This document shows positions 44,901-56,599 of a DNA stretch of 64,000 nt, in pieces (position 1 is the first letter of the stretch; each line of letters starts with the position of its first letter). The notes under the pieces are model-generated. The model ran no database searches, was not told the origin of the DNA, and was given only the letters and a program-made list of their open reading frames with translations. Both the position numbers and the translations under genes were made by a program. Source of the stretch: Monocercomonoides exilis PA203. Its lineage: Eukaryota > Protista > Preaxostyla. Location of the stretch: positions 682,001 through 746,000 of the forward strand of contig LSRY02000034.1 of the NCBI GenBank assembly GCA_001643675.2. The letters run 5' to 3'.

Positions 44901-46703
44901 TGTGCTCATATTGCTTTGGCCATAAACAGTAAAAGCGTTGATACCACATTCAAAACTATTCGTTTCGATTATCGTTCCTGAAGACACTTCCACATTGGGA
45001 ACCAAGTCTGGAATGAGTTGTGTGAGGCAACGGCTGATCGTGCTGCATGGATAAGATTTATCCAGCCCACATGCATATGAATCCATGGCATTTGGCTGCT
45101 TTTGTGCTGATGAGACAAATCTCACTCTTCCAAAATCGTTTCGGAGCCATTCGCTTTTGTCAACAATCTCTAAATAATCCAAGCTTACTCTGTTTGATGC
45201 TTGTCTGGTAGAATAACAGGTGGAATCAATGTTGTTTTTCGATGAGCCTTGAAGTGCAATGTCGTATCCTCCTTGTTCGCAAGAATTATTGTGGAAAAAA
45301 CAGTAGTAAAACAAAATTCCATCATTTTTCTCATTTATCCTTTGACAAGCTGCACCTCCTCCACTCTTGGAATAGCAATCACGAAACAAACAATTTGAAA
45401 TAACAACCTTGTCAATGCAGTCCCAATGCTCAACAGCACCTCCAGTGGATGAGGTTGTATGATTCACTTTGCAGTTTATAAAGAATGAATTAACAATACA
45501 TTGCTTTTGTTTTTTTGTCATCGTTGGACGAAGATCAATTGCTCCTCCATCATTTCCAGAGGAACAGTTTTGAAAAGAGCAATCATCGACAATTGGTTGA
45601 ACACATATGCTCTCTTCCATAATTCCTCCTCCTCCTGCATTTGTTGTTGCTGCAGCAGAACATTGAACGAATACAGAATGAAGGACAATGCTTTCCGCAA
45701 TATTCAAAGCATATATTCCACCACCTCTCGTTGAAGTGGCATTGCATCTTGTGAATGACGAATTTTCAACTTTCAGGATGGCATTTGAATTGTCGTGAAC
45801 ATAAAGAGCACCTCCTTGCGGTGCTGTGCAATCAGTCCATTCGCACAACGAAAATGATTGGCTATCAGTTATATTCATCTGTCCTTTTTTCTCAAGAGCA
45901 TTCATTTCTCTTTTTCCAAAGTTTATTGATGTGTTTCTGCAGATGAATTCTTCTGGCGAAAATGATCCATCTGAGATCCCTCCTTCAAACACATTCACAC
46001 ATGAATAAATGAGGCAGCCCTCCATTCCACTTCGAATGCAAAAATGCTCCATTTTATTATCACTGCTTTTGTCAGATTTCACAGACATGTTCCTGAATAC
46101 ACAATTAGTGACCTTCTCACTTTTGCTCTTTCCAGACAACAGGAAACATTCTGAAGAGGAAACAGCCAGATCTGTCATGATGGAATTTCTCAAATCCATA
46201 GAATTCGAATCATCAGATGAAAATACGAGGCTGGATGAATAAATATTCTTTTGAGGGATCAAACTCATGTTTGAAAGGATGATTGACCCACTTTGCAAAT
46301 GAAAAGGAGTTGTTGATTTTTGGAGTGAAATACACGATTCCATCACAACAATTGACTTATCTGTTATTTGCACACATGATGGAGAAGAATATTCAAATGC
46401 CAAATTTTTCAGTCCAACTGTAGAATTGTTGAATCCCAAAAATGCATTTATCACTGTAGATATTCCTGTCAGGCACTTTTTCACTCCTGGTGCATTTTGC
46501 TGTTCAAATGAAAGATTATCGTCTCCCTTTGATGGAAGTCGAGCATCACTTGCATTGCCTTGGCATGAAAAAGCATGATAATTAGAAATATCAATATTTG
46601 AGAGAATACCTTCGCTTTTCCATGTGGAACTTCCAGAAACACCTTGGATTTCAAACATGTTTGCAAGGAGCAAGCACGCCAAAAACCGCAAATGCATGTT
46701 CAT
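38931..46703 (-). CDS. Giant receptor-like single-pass membrane protein with a beta-helix-like ectodomain and a degenerate kinase-like tail
   Basis: About 2590-aa intronless ORF (first ATG 46703) with a signal-like N-terminus. It has repeated GGA(L/I)Y/GGGI motifs, four D...CG....PC modules and a TM segment (WALIIAVIFVVLFLIVLIVSVILAV). The kinase C-lobe motifs LRWKAPELL, FSIGMMLWECLT..IPF and RPTL are present, but GxGxxG, HRD and DFG are not. Confidence 0.85.
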   Translation of the reverse strand: MNMHLRFLACLLLANMFEIQGVSGSSTWKSEGILSNIDISNYHAFSCQGNASDARLPSKGDDNLSFEQQNAPGVKKCLTGISTVINAFLGFNNSTVGLKNLAFEYSSPSCVQITDKSIVVMESCISLQKSTTPFHLQSGSIILSNMSLIPQKNIYSSSLVFSSDDSNSMDLRNSIMTDLAVSSSECFLLSGKSKSEKVTNCVFRNMSVKSDKSSDNKMEHFCIRSGMEGCLIYSCVNVFEGGISDGSFSPEEFICRNTSINFGKREMNALEKKGQMNITDSQSFSLCEWTDCTAPQGGALYVHDNSNAILKVENSSFTRCNATSTRGGGIYALNIAESIVLHSVFVQCSAAATTNAGGGGIMEESICVQPIVDDCSFQNCSSGNDGGAIDLRPTMTKKQKQCIVNSFFINCKVNHTTSSTGGAVEHWDCIDKVVISNCLFRDCYSKSGGGAACQRINEKNDGILFYYCFFHNNSCEQGGYDIALQGSSKNNIDSTCYSTRQASNRVSLDYLEIVDKSEWLRNDFGRVRFVSSAQKQPNAMDSYACGLDKSYPCSTISRCLTQLIPDLVPNVEVSSGTIIETNSFECGINAFTVYGQSNMSTAIHTEFEASGLSLFSVSTGTLTARDFVVVHDSSHPNNRGSRLFEISGAGGMSISRLNISFGSGQSIETAFSTELINVQNGMFQMEHVNWAKTISTNSLFSLSSTNEISLALSECAFDGIERTTSGASVMSFSNDKVNMNLDSCSFLGCGSTTSTDGGSMMLCVGSENEVKVKGGSFDGCYCSATYGFGGGILLRLLNENPNFLISSSFGTNAAKWGKDIFVFSPNLEETTKSQKISCITASLDSFDKVRGYDKGNNSLAIPLCIYLFSTPEEIFVSNTKAYDHSHCGIVEFPCLTMKHSIKRQTETKKVTVSGMIMMSDELAFEEQKHEIRGNSDQSGWTVSDASSTINSAMITANVETELSKLIFSLPSSFSLHSTFISSSSQLTLSHCSLSLQDHSSELTFLFLSVESGTSAIDTFSASSIDLNGNPLISLCGSSTKTESMSIKWLNMTNCTFSEMERAAGSGGCVSIDNSNDENSNGEINIEECDFDRCSVFSDESGGGAIYAQLKGNTHLDIISCTFTGCSAPADEEKIGFGGGMALKLIDDDSSFVISSPIFDADKPNIAKYGNDLFVESSNLTKSITNTSLPFVSENLDDISLNSMRGFDGNDTTNAIPMVYFWFTLGSEVFIRNDGKDVCICGLSDYPCLSIDYSLDRFPEGNERNINIIGKGILKKCVDLSRISVKSDDEEMCFLECLSSLEGAEEAAMKISGITDFELIDFVVPSSFTGGVNYLMHVGSSEGLLTLKDCSFSKNEESREEEMINFGLIEADEGTVVFEFVAIQSLSFSQDIISVHSTTILNMKNLTMKNIELEGASGLCVAKSSGRGKNEAEQDIVIECSSFEEVTQNATDDIPIIRDEDIDEPLKMVIRNTTMKKCGGTRCRKGGGIFCALNEGGMFDCSFCTISECFCSSTGRGGWLFLECISAAEQPLNFVLSNITFRDNSALRGRDVYVRCHSIETQIVDEQFLLDFRTPYVKELAIWGCTTDSFVGEEDLLLRVGKYQSETIFVSAIADNHADSKQCGEFSKPCESMNEGVQHIIPSSYSQLLMSEETIINGESNALNVIIRSLEFPSSALVHMNSTIAGKNGSLLKTSEKVRIESVKFNFDQSFSYSGNSLIHEFSGQLSLLFVDFSSVGESNNNQPLDLNSTLLSVSKGILHVDNCSISMLSLKKPYFLLNGDEVSITNMKLEKIELTTDVFEIGQYGSAVLNGVSADGVKLSEGCVIAINDSSSSSISIGSSSFNNCSRNSEGASVFSSSSTSVQIVLSNCSCSDCNSLSSKGSVIEVRDAADVSMHMCEVEGILAKEWGSERNNDFGEICEWNGSLVHSANSSLVMKYITILNASSGGLSVSAGDVTVEKGEFLNNNPFIEKYPSLRRNIICSDSASLTISSLKGGDGVKDYSSLWILNDRCDLRGIAGERSSPFFIPKLEDVSVNENGSNVVVKFKGSLFVPCDLSFRVVYKTGDVELVETYPFEEDSFVSEAEVIGTIPSANISTIEDETEILVMILFGKPLAETSPQILKNRSESKVNGDERISEGGKEGKSSWALIIAVIFVVLFLIVLIVSVILAVRWRKAKNEAKDLREIVNDTVRKDPKLIEMTTMEMSPEEQWRRAEREAEKKNEEKIKKRVYAKSLGHSESSEHLLSESGSTEYILGRDSDKIPEWTLEKVDEKEEEEETRKRTPSPSISSTSTTDSDSTFVRGEDLCPTTSSMSNLVDAMACSSPHEKLIVDLRDSLFMLLHGRNKTKEMAIGTLQEREQTAAQILFWVANLALHSFDEMENGLSSLVNLSPHIVLFSEHMVICIVMHSDLLSDDSDSSSVSSSTVATSASDDDDEDSLPSLVFEDEGLFKKECLRWKAPELLINKNMDATKESVSFSIGMMLWECLTLQIPFGDYEAEVAGQKIVNGERTDMAAIGISSFCELIKLMVSEKQSARPTLSDLKREFIQKFPAGAVILTVSDAVTYQEGSREKSKEEQSGSLTSSEIMFISS

Positions 46704-49700
46704 TGTGTCAAGAGAACGCAATTTTGAGATTAATAATTAATGTTTTTTTGAAGGATCAAAATGGCCATAATTAATTATTTTTTCAATCCCTGATTGAAAA
46801 GAAAATAAATATTTGAGATTTCATTTTGATAATAATTCACAAAATATTTGATGAGGCCTTGGATTAATGCTGTTTCTTCATATATTCCGCTTCATGATCA
46901 GCATCTGGCAATATCTGAAACAAGATAATTAAAAAATATAATTGACATAAAATCAGAAGTTGAAAGAGAAAAGCATAAGTCCAATTGAAGCACTGAATGA
47001 GCACACCATTTAATCTCATTGAATCAAAGCCAAGGACATATTGAAAAAAGAAAATAGTTTTCACAAAAGTCCCACAAATCTGGCTAATGAATAAAAAATT
47101 AAGAAATACAAAATAATTCATCTCTTGATTCATTCAAATGATGAGCACTTCTTCACCCCATGCTCTGTTCTTCCCTGAAAACAAAAGATGAAAATCTTTG
47201 TGCAACAATTTGGTTTTTTGCAGAATGAAGGCCCATCAAACAATCCCTTTCTTCCTCTCTTCCTTTCCTCAATTTCTTCTTCTTCTCTCTCTTCTTTCCC
47301 TTCAGTTCCAATCTTCTCCCCACCTTTTTTGTTATTTTTTTCTTATTTATTTCTGCTTTTCCTCACTCAACCGACGCATCTTTGCTGAATTACACTTTGT
47401 TTTCTCTCCTTACTCTGTACCCTTCACTCAATCTTTCCGCTCTTAACGCTTCTTGTTCTTCCTCTTCATTCTCTTCTCAAGAAAACCTCAGATCAAGATG
47501 ATGCCACTCGATTTTCAAACAGGCAGTTTGCCTTCACAAAATTCAGGTTGATTCACAATCAGAACAGAAACACCACATGTGAAACGCATCGGCTGGTACT
47601 GAATCGAAAACTGGCTTTCAAGGCATTCAAAGATGATGGTTGTATTTTTTTGTTAACCTCACTTCATGAGGTGAGTGAGGAGCATTTTCAGCTGGAGCTC
47701 AAAGCAAGCCAAATACATGTAAGTTATTCACAATGGACTTGGTCGCAGCGCATGGGGTCTGCTGTGTTTTGATGCAAGCACAGACATCTATTCCGCTCTT
47801 GGCAATCATTTTGCTTGGAATGGTCAAAGCGAGCTGGCTGATAAACGCTTCATCTCATCTTCTGTTCATCTGAGTGGCTGTACCACACTGGTTGAAATAA
47901 CCAGTCATGCAAAAATTCAAGTGAAAGAACAATCATTTAACACAAATAAAAGAAATGTTTGCACAAACAAATACAATGCCTTTTCTTGATAATCGAATGA
48001 TTTTTTTATCCAGAAAGGGACAAATGCTCAAGTCTAGAAATAATATCATGGAAAACGAAAATCAAACCCCTTGCAACCTTCTATGTGGAGAGGAATATAA
48101 ACATCAATGCGAAAAACTGGGAAAAAATGCATTTTTTGTTTTCAACTCACAGGAAACATCTGAGCTTGATTCCAATTTGATTCTGAATATTCCATTCTTC
48201 CCACGCCATGTATCTGGCCTTATCGAAATCCCTTCTCTGTTCTCAACCAATCATTTTTCAAACATGTTTTATTGTTATCTTTAAATAAATTCTTGTTTCA
48301 GAGGCTGAGAATAAATGTGCAAATTCAATTGTGGCTTCAACGCTTCCTTGCTCACAAAACCGTGAAATATCTGTTTGGTCACCTTTCACATTTTATCAAG
48401 GGCATTCGAATGAATTTTTGTTTCATTTGGTTTTGATATTTTTTCACTCTTTGACGAAAGCCTGATCATCAGCCATACTGGATTGAGCGATTGAATGAAA
48501 ACAATCAATTAAGCAATGAGATGAAGAAGTTTTGGTTGCTTATCAAAAAAATAGATATTGTGAAACCTTCTGCACTTTATCTGCCATTGTTTTGCGGATT
48601 GCCCGCTAGAATTCCTTTCTCTCTGACTGTTTTTCAGGCATTTGTAATTTTCCCCATTTTGTTTGAAGAATGGAAATTGTCTGATTATCCCCAAAGTTCT
48701 GCTGCAAAATCACTGTCATTTGTGATAATTTCCCATCAGTTTCAGTTTGAGAGCATTGAGTGATGACACATGGGAGTTCTTTTCATCACGAGTGTTTTCA
48801 ATGTTTTCGAATTTGAATGTTTCACATGAAAGGAGCATATGTGGAATGAGTGAAGTAGTGTATGTATTTTTCATGATATTTTTATAGATTGATATTTTGA
48901 TATTTTGATGATTATCGAATTTTTTTTCTGAAAAAAAACTTCATTCAGGGAGATTGCAAGCAGGCTTCAGGAGGAAAACATGTGATGATTTTTGGGGGTG
49001 GAACAACTTAGCTGGGGTGAGCAAGGCATCATCAGTGGAGTTTCAATTTTGACAATTCAGCTCATCATTGACTGAATTTTTGATAAACTCGGAAAATAAG
49101 TTTGAAGCTTCTTCGGGCTTTTTTCCAGAGCAGTTGGCAGCACCATCGGCTTTTTCAGCGATTTGTGTTTCAGCTGGAGCGAGCATTCTTCATTGAACTT
49201 TCAGTGTTGAATTTCCCAGTCATATTTGAAGCAATAAATTGCAGTTTCATTGTCTGGCAAGTTGGCAGCGGCCATTGCAGAGTTCCGAGTGAGTGAAGAA
49301 ACTCACATAACAGGTGCTGTCGCTGCGAACAATTCCTCAGCAAAAAGTTGCCAATTCCAATTGTTTGCACCTCTTTCTGCACATTCGCATTTCATCAGAA
49401 AGACATTTATCCCAGTTCGTTCATTCGCAGCTGCCAATGACTGTTCTTTGTGAATCAACCTAAGCAAGCATTTTAGCTGAAACAGAAGAGCAGCATCAAG
49501 GAAATGAATGAAAGCGGGGCGAAATTAAATTTGAAGAACAGGAAGAGAAGATATTTGAGAAAACACAACTTTTTTGTTGAAGAAGCTGTGATGTGCTGTG
49601 TAATTGCAAATGGGGGAGAACAATGGAGGGAAAACCCAAAATAACCTGGAAGCATTGCGGATGCAGCCTTTCAGAAAGCCAGAAAATCAATCAGCAGTTG

Positions 49701-49783
49701 CTATTGACAGAAATGCTGATGTTGTCTGGGTGAAGAAAATGAGTGATTCACAACATTCACTTGCGTTGCAAAGTATTTTTTTT

Positions 49784-50275
49784 GGCAAATGGGTATGATA
49801 CGACCAGTGAAAAATTCATATCATAACGATTTCTTTTTCATATTCCTACCAGATGAATCATAGTTCAATGAAGATATAGTCAATTTTTATCATCAATTTC
49901 TTCAAAGAAAGAAATTTATAATTTTTTCAATTTATGAATTGTGATAAAAAATTATCTTCGTATAAAAGCCCTAAAATTTTTATAAATGAAGTTAAAATGA
50001 AATTCCTTTTAGGGTTAACCCTAATTCATTGAATTCTCTTGTGAAAATTAGTTAATAGGGTTAATAATCCCTAACAGAAAATATGATTAAATAATATGAT
50101 GGGCTTGATCAAAGATTTTCATATCTTTGAGATTTATTTCGTTGGTAGATAATTTAACTTTTGTAAAGAATTTTCAAACTGACCTTCATTGATGAGTTCG
50201 TAAAGCTCTATTTCAATACAGTTTTTGATATTTTCAAGAAAAAAATCATTACTGGCCGAATAATCCCCTTTTGTC
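49784..50275. mobile_element. Merlin-type MITE (family B), copy 2, 492 bp, inverted relative to copy 1
   Basis: Starts GGCAAATGGGTATGATACG and ends TAATCCCCTTTTGTC. It is flanked on both sides by T8 (consistent with an 8-bp TSD). It has the same length as copy 1 and shares blocks such as GACCTTCATTGATGAGTTCGT. Confidence 0.88.
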
Positions 50276-50737
50276 TTTTTTTTTTATGGATGAGAGTCTG
50301 TCTTGTGAAGAATTGAAGGGATCAGATATATTGAAAGCGATGTCAGTTTTTTATTGCCTCAGCCAAAAAAAATATTCATGAGCAAAGGAACGAGCTGCAT
50401 CAAAGAAGAAAATATAAGTCTTCATCACTGTTTTTTTTTAGAAAATTGAAAACCCTTTGTGTGTTTTGGGGAATATGAGATTCAATTTCATTCTAAGGAA
50501 AGTTAATTTTTAGAAAACGTACAAAGAATATGATTTTATTTAGGAGATGACAAGATTATGAAAAGGAAAAAACTGTAAAGTATTCGTGATAAATTCTGGT
50601 TGAATTGAATGTTTACAAGAAAACGGAATTATTTGTTTTTGAGCCTTTTTTTGAATTTTCCAATCTGTTTTTGTATTTGTGTTCTCAAGCAAAATTACAA
50701 TTACCATCAACAGTTTCCTTTTTTCAATCATTTTCTG

Positions 50738-50738
<1 letters not shown>

Positions 50739-50800
<62 letters not shown>
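50739..50800. repeat. Poly-T tract (about 62 nt)
   Basis: Directly visible homopolymer. Confidence 0.95.
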
Positions 50801-52194
50801 CGAGAAAACTGTTCAAAATTTCTTCTCCATTCAATTTTCACTTGCAATTCATATTCAGTTCGTAGCACTTCAAGAATCATGTGAATTTAAATATTTCCGA
50901 TTTATCAATCTCAAAAACAAAAAACTTGATGACTTCTTAATGGGAGTCATCTCTTGACTACCAAATCTCTTCCATTTATCTCAACTTGTTTTCATTGCCT
51001 GTGTAACAAAAAAATTGCTTGCTTGTCTGAAATTTTTGTCAAATTGAAAATAACACAAAAACATCAAATGTCGTTCACAATTTCACGAAGGAAAAAAGAA
51101 ACATACTAATTACTTCTTAGCTTTTACTTGACAATAAACAGAGAAAGAAAAACCATTGTGAATTCTAAAGATTCTCTGAATAACATCAGGAATAATAATC
51201 TTTTGTATAATTTGAACGAACCAACAATTAAACAAATTGAGTTTATGTTTGGCAAGTTCTAATGAATCTTGCCCAAATTTGTATTGTTTTTCATTGTTGA
51301 AAAAGAGTCTAATAAAAGAAAAAAGAAAGACAAGAAAGTAAAACTAATAAAATTATAACATTTCTCATCTTTCGAAAAGATGATTCAAGAAAAAATATGA
51401 ATAAAGCGGAAAAGTTGAATTTTTTTTATTTTTCATTTTTCCCACAAAATAAGATTTTCCTGTTATATTCTTCTGATTTTCTCAATCCATGCAAATTCTT
51501 CTCTGAAACAGATGTCTGTCTCCTTCTTCGCTTCGACTGTCCAAACACGAAGAGAAGACAGAAGATGCATTGGCAGAGGATGAACAGTCTTCATCATCAT
51601 TTTCATCAGCAACTGCGATTGATTCTTTTGAAGCATCTGCACCAATCACATCACAAACTTCTTTTGTTGCATTGCAAAACATCGAGAGCTGTCTACTGAT
51701 TGAAGCGCTTGAAACAAGTTGCTTCCATGCTCTGTGCTGATTTCCATATCAGCTGCTGCTGCTTCTGTTGCCTCGCGCACCGCTGAAGCTGAAGCGCTGG
51801 TTGTTGTCACTCAATGTGCTATCCTGTGAACAATGCGGTGCTTTCAGCGATTCTTTCAGTTCCTCTGGCAGAGCATCTTCCTTCGCTTGCTTCATTGGCT
51901 GACACCAAATCGATTAAAAAAAAATAAGCTAATCTTGACAGTGTCTGATGTGAGTGTGTTCCCATCTGCCAATCATCTGCTTCGTCTGTCGCATTCGCCA
52001 TCACCATTCATTCAGCTGAAGTGGCAGCGGCAGCAGTCGAGGCGTGTGTGGTTATGAAGCTATTCAAAAAGGATATCAAAATGTTTTGTTTTGTGAACTG
52101 TTGGGAATGTTGTGGAATGAGCTGAGCGAGATGGGAATAAGGATTAACGAAGAGGTTCTTTCACAAAAGCGATTAAACTTGTTGTGTTGGATGA

Positions 52195-53310
52195 AAGAAG
52201 AAGAAGAAGAAGAGGAAGAGGAAGAGGAAGAGGAAGAGGAAGAGGAAGAGGAAGATGAAGATGAAGAAGATGTAATATTAGAAGAAGAAGAAGACGAAGA
52301 GGAAGGAGTAGCAAATGAAGAATTAACGCCAAAATTTGGGGAGGAGGAGGAAGAAGTGGACAAAGGAAGAGGAATAGAGAGAGGGTTATCAGAAGAACCA
52401 GATGCAGATGAGGCAGTAGATAGAGCATTCATTGAAGATACATTCATTTGGGTGGAATCAGATGAAAGAGAAGAAGAAGAAGAAGGATTAAAAGAAGAAG
52501 AAGAAATGGAAGAAGAAGGATTATTAGAGGAGGAGGAAGAAGATGAGGAGGAAGAAGAGGAAGAAGAAGAAATAGAAGAAGAAGAAGAAGAACAAGAAGA
52601 ATGACGCTTGTCTAAGTTCTGTCTGTTGAATGGAGGAATCACAAGAGTCAGAGGAGGACGAGGCTTTCGAATAGGTTTTGTTGAAGAAGAAGAAGAAGAT
52701 TGAGAAGAATGAGGAGGAAGAAGAAGAGAAGGAGGAGGAGGAGGAGGAGGAGGAGGAGGAGGAGGAGGAGGAGGAGGAGGAGGAGGAGGAGGAGGAGGAG
52801 GAGGGAGGAGGAGGAGGAGGAGGAGGAGGAGGAGGAGGAGGAGGAGGAGGGAGGAGGAGGAGGAGGAGGAGGAGGAGGAGGAGGAGGAGGAGGAGGAGGA
52901 GGAGGAGGAGGAGGAGGAGGAGAAGAAGAAGAAGAAGAAGAAGAAGAAGAAGAAGAAGAAGAATTTCTTTGAAATCCTGCTATTTGCTTAGTATCTTCTT
53001 CATTTCCTCTTCCTCTTCCTTCGTTTTCTTCTTCTTCTTTGATCACCTTCGGAACAGGAATATTCTTCAAAACTTCCTTTGGAAGAGAAAAAATTCGTGT
53101 TGGAAGACGAAATTGGCGAGAAGAAGAAGGAGAAAGAGAAAGAGAAGAAGAAGAAGGAAAAGAAGAAGAAAAATGAATTGGAATTGACCTTATTTATGAA
53201 AAAGACTCTTTTCAGCTTGTTATCAATTTCCTCCTTTCTTCTTCTTCGTCTTCTTCGCCTTCCTCGCCTTCCTCCTCCTTTTCTTCTTCCCCTTCTTCCC
53301 CTTCTTCTGT
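52195..53310. repeat. Purine-rich low-complexity region with a long (GAG)n/(GAA)n microsatellite at about 52730-52962, within a probable decayed gene
   Basis: Directly visible triplet runs, which generate the homopolymeric ORFs in all frames. Flanking minus-strand coding-like fragments contain stops. Confidence 0.85.
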
Positions 53311-53378
53311 TTCCTTTCGTTCTCTGATTGAACAAATGCAATTTCTGAAAAGTCAGAAATAGAAAAAGCTCTTTTGAT

Positions 53379-54790
53379 TTAAACGAATAAGAAGTAATCT
53401 GAAATATCTAATGATATATCACCATAATAATAATAGTAAATAATTACAAAAATTTCATGAAAGCTTGGGATAATATCAGCATATCCTTCTTCTTCCATCC
53501 TTTTGATTATCATAATTTTTGTTGCTTTTCGTTCCTCTTCCTCCATTTCATTTTTCTTCTTTTTATTCAATATCGTTAAAATTCTCCTTAAGAACTGCAA
53601 ATGATACAACATTCTATAATCTTCCAAAGTATATTGCTGAATCTCCTCCAAAATAGCATCAACAGCTCCTCCTTTCAGCAAGTAATTAATTTTCACAGCT
53701 TCTGTTTCTGCTGCGCCTTTTAATAAGCTAATGCTCCAGACGCAAAATATTCTGTTGATAATCCTTGATGCTCGAAGCACTTTCACAATGCTGCTGATAA
53801 GTCCAGTAAGTTCTTCATTCTGCAATTTGCTTTTGTTAAAATAATAATCCAATGTTTGGATCCATCTCTTTATGATTTTTTCTTCTATCGTTTCTTTATC
53901 TCTTAACTCTCCTTTTTTTTTCTTCCAATAAAGAATTCTTGTAAGCTCTTCCAGTTCTCTTGTTGCCTCTCCCACAAAATGCAGCTCATTCACAATAACA
54001 CCTTCCAAGCTTATATCGTTGTAAAATCTGAAAATCAAAAACTGCCAAGCAGACTGATAGGCAAGTCGCGACAGATTGAGATGTGACTGGCGATATTCAA
54101 TGATTTCTTTGATTTCGTTCAAGAAAATTTCTTTTTTAATTTTCTAATCAAAAAACAAGAAAAAAAAGCAAAAATATCAAAAATGAAATCGAAAAACTCA
54201 CACAATTAATCCTGTATTATTCAAAGCCAGTAAAGCCATTTCCCTTTCTTTTTGAGCTTCCTCGTTTTCCTCTTTGTTCAATGCAACTTTCAGAAGGCAA
54301 CACACGCAAATTGAAAGTAATTCTGAAAATTTTCCTTCTCTTAGCAAAAGACAGCATTCACAAAGATCTGCCAGTAACTTTTCGTTCTTTTCTTCATTTT
54401 TCTCATCTTCATCAACAATCATCTTCTCAAATCTTCCACATAACAAGGAATCATAAAAATCACAACTCCACAAGTTTAAAAGAACTTTACAATATCCAAC
54501 ATGCTTTAACAACAAAATTGCACAATCCAATGACAATATCTTTTCTTCAATCATTTTAGATATTTTATTGAAAATTCTTGTTGCGAAAAACGATTTGTGT
54601 TCTTCTTCATTCATTTCTTCCATCAATCCATTCATTTCAAGGATTTTCAGTCTTTGCTCATCCTCATTGCAATGCACCAGATCAGAAAGCAAATCTGAAA
54701 AAATAAAGTTGAAAAATCACAATTAACAGTGCGCAAATACAACAATGAACACAAGCCATAAATTCTTTCGGTTCCACTCGTTGACTGCAT
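53379..54790 (-). CDS. Lineage-specific acidic helical multicopy family protein (spliced)
   Basis: ORFs 54198-54692 and 53379-54122 are joinable by a phase-0 GT-AG intron. They are strongly similar to 58768-60084 (e.g. IVNELHFVGEATRELEELTR is identical). The first exon and start are tentative. Confidence 0.7.
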
Positions 54791-56599
54791 TTTTGAAAAT
54801 ATGTTGAAAGCGGAAAACAACAATATTATTATCATTGACGTTGAAAGTCCACACGTTTGGATTGAAATAATTGGAGAATAGGTCAAACTCAACAAGAATC
54901 ATATAAAGTATCCGCTTTCACACCATCGGTTTTTGCATTTCCATTGGCAAGTATTTGCAGAAAACGTGATGTTTTGTCTTTTTTCTTTATGAGTTATGGA
55001 TGAAATGATCAAATCATTTTCTTTGAACTGGAATATCAACCTGCAAAATGAGAGACAGATGAGCGAATTTATCATGCAAAATGGGATTTGTTCTATCTGA
55101 TGTTTGCACGAATCGCTGGAAAAACAATATTGATTTCTGTCAGATAATTTTTGGTAAATAGATGAAACGGTAACAACAACAATAACATGAGTATATGAAA
55201 ATATCAGCATGTGTGTATTTTCCTTAGTTCTATTCACTTTGAAGGTGCTTCTATCAGTATCCTTTTCAGAGCTCAGGAATGTGAATTATTTGATGAACAG
55301 AAAATATGTTCTTTTCTGTGTTGAATATGGGATTCGAGAAGTTTATATCTCGGGAAAGTGCACAACAAAAAAAGAATGGAATAATATCAATTAGATTAAT
55401 ATTGAAAAAATCGACAGTATTGAAAAGAAAACATGGATTTCTCTTTAATTAGATGGTACAGAAATCGGAGAAATTGAATGTGAAAAGACTTTTGGAAATG
55501 ACATTTTGTGAATAAGATGATGAAACACTTGAAAACAGAAAAAATAATGAAATTAAATCGGAGGAAAACGAGCATTGTTAAGGGAATGAAATATAGAAAA
55601 TTGCTTATAAAAATGATTAAAGGGTTTGTCGTTGTTGTTATTTTTATGTAGTGATTATTATTTTTCATTTTTGCTGTTGAAAGAGTGATGGGTTAGATGG
55701 CTTTGGAGAAGAAGAAACGCAGAGAAGAAAAAACAAAGTCAGACAGGTGAAATGCGAGGTATTACGAAGATGCCTGTCATTGGACTTTGACAAAAAGATC
55801 CTTTTTTGAGGAAAGAAGATTTTTTGAGAAAGAGGAGAAGTTAAAGAAGAAGAGATGGAATGAAAAAGAGATTGACGCGTGCTTTGTATTTATTGTTGGA
55901 GAGAGAGAAAGAATCAAATTGAAATTGTTATGAATTTCAAAGGATATTATTTGCCAGAAGACAAAATCCTGAAGAAGAGAATAGCAATGAATATCATCTT
56001 TGATATTTATTTTCTCTCATCTCTCAATTTTCAACCTTCAATCATCCCATTCGATTCTTTCATCATTATCTTTTTCTTCTTCTGCTTCAAATGAATCGAC
56101 GTCTTGCTACTCAGCATCTCTTTCTTTATCTTTATTCACTTCATCTGTTGTGAATTCTTCATCAATTGCATCAGCCTCAGAGATTAAGAGAAAAATGAAA
56201 TGGAAACGACGAAACTTGCTTGAAGGATATTTTATACAGAAATTGAAAATGCAGTTTATTTCGAAAGGGAAATGAAGGCAGGCAAGAAAACACGCCCAAA
56301 ACCAGAGAAGATGTTTTTCGTCGTGAACAAGAGCTTGGAAGAATTCAGATTTTGAGATCGGAATGGCATTCATTAAATGGAATCTTTCTGATACCTCGTG
56401 GCTTCTATGGGATTTTTGTTTAAACCAACAGAATAAACAAATAACAGCAACTTCAGCATTTTCCATTTCTGAGCTGATCTTTTTATTTGCAACTCATTTA
56501 ATTCATTTGACGCTTGACCAGAACGATATTTCATTCATAATTTGCATAACTTCTTCTTCTTCCCATTTCAACTTCTCACCTGAAGAAACACTGTTCCAT

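Noticed and set aside
46864-49780. Coding-like fragments between the giant membrane gene and MITE B2 (similar fragments at 60.8-61.9 kb)
   Set aside because: They are short, stop-riddled and have no recognisable motif. They are probably decayed genes but cannot be assigned.
52044-53341. Poly-E/R/G/S/P/L ORFs on both strands
   Set aside because: These are by-products of GAG/GAA triplet repeats, which lack stops in most frames.
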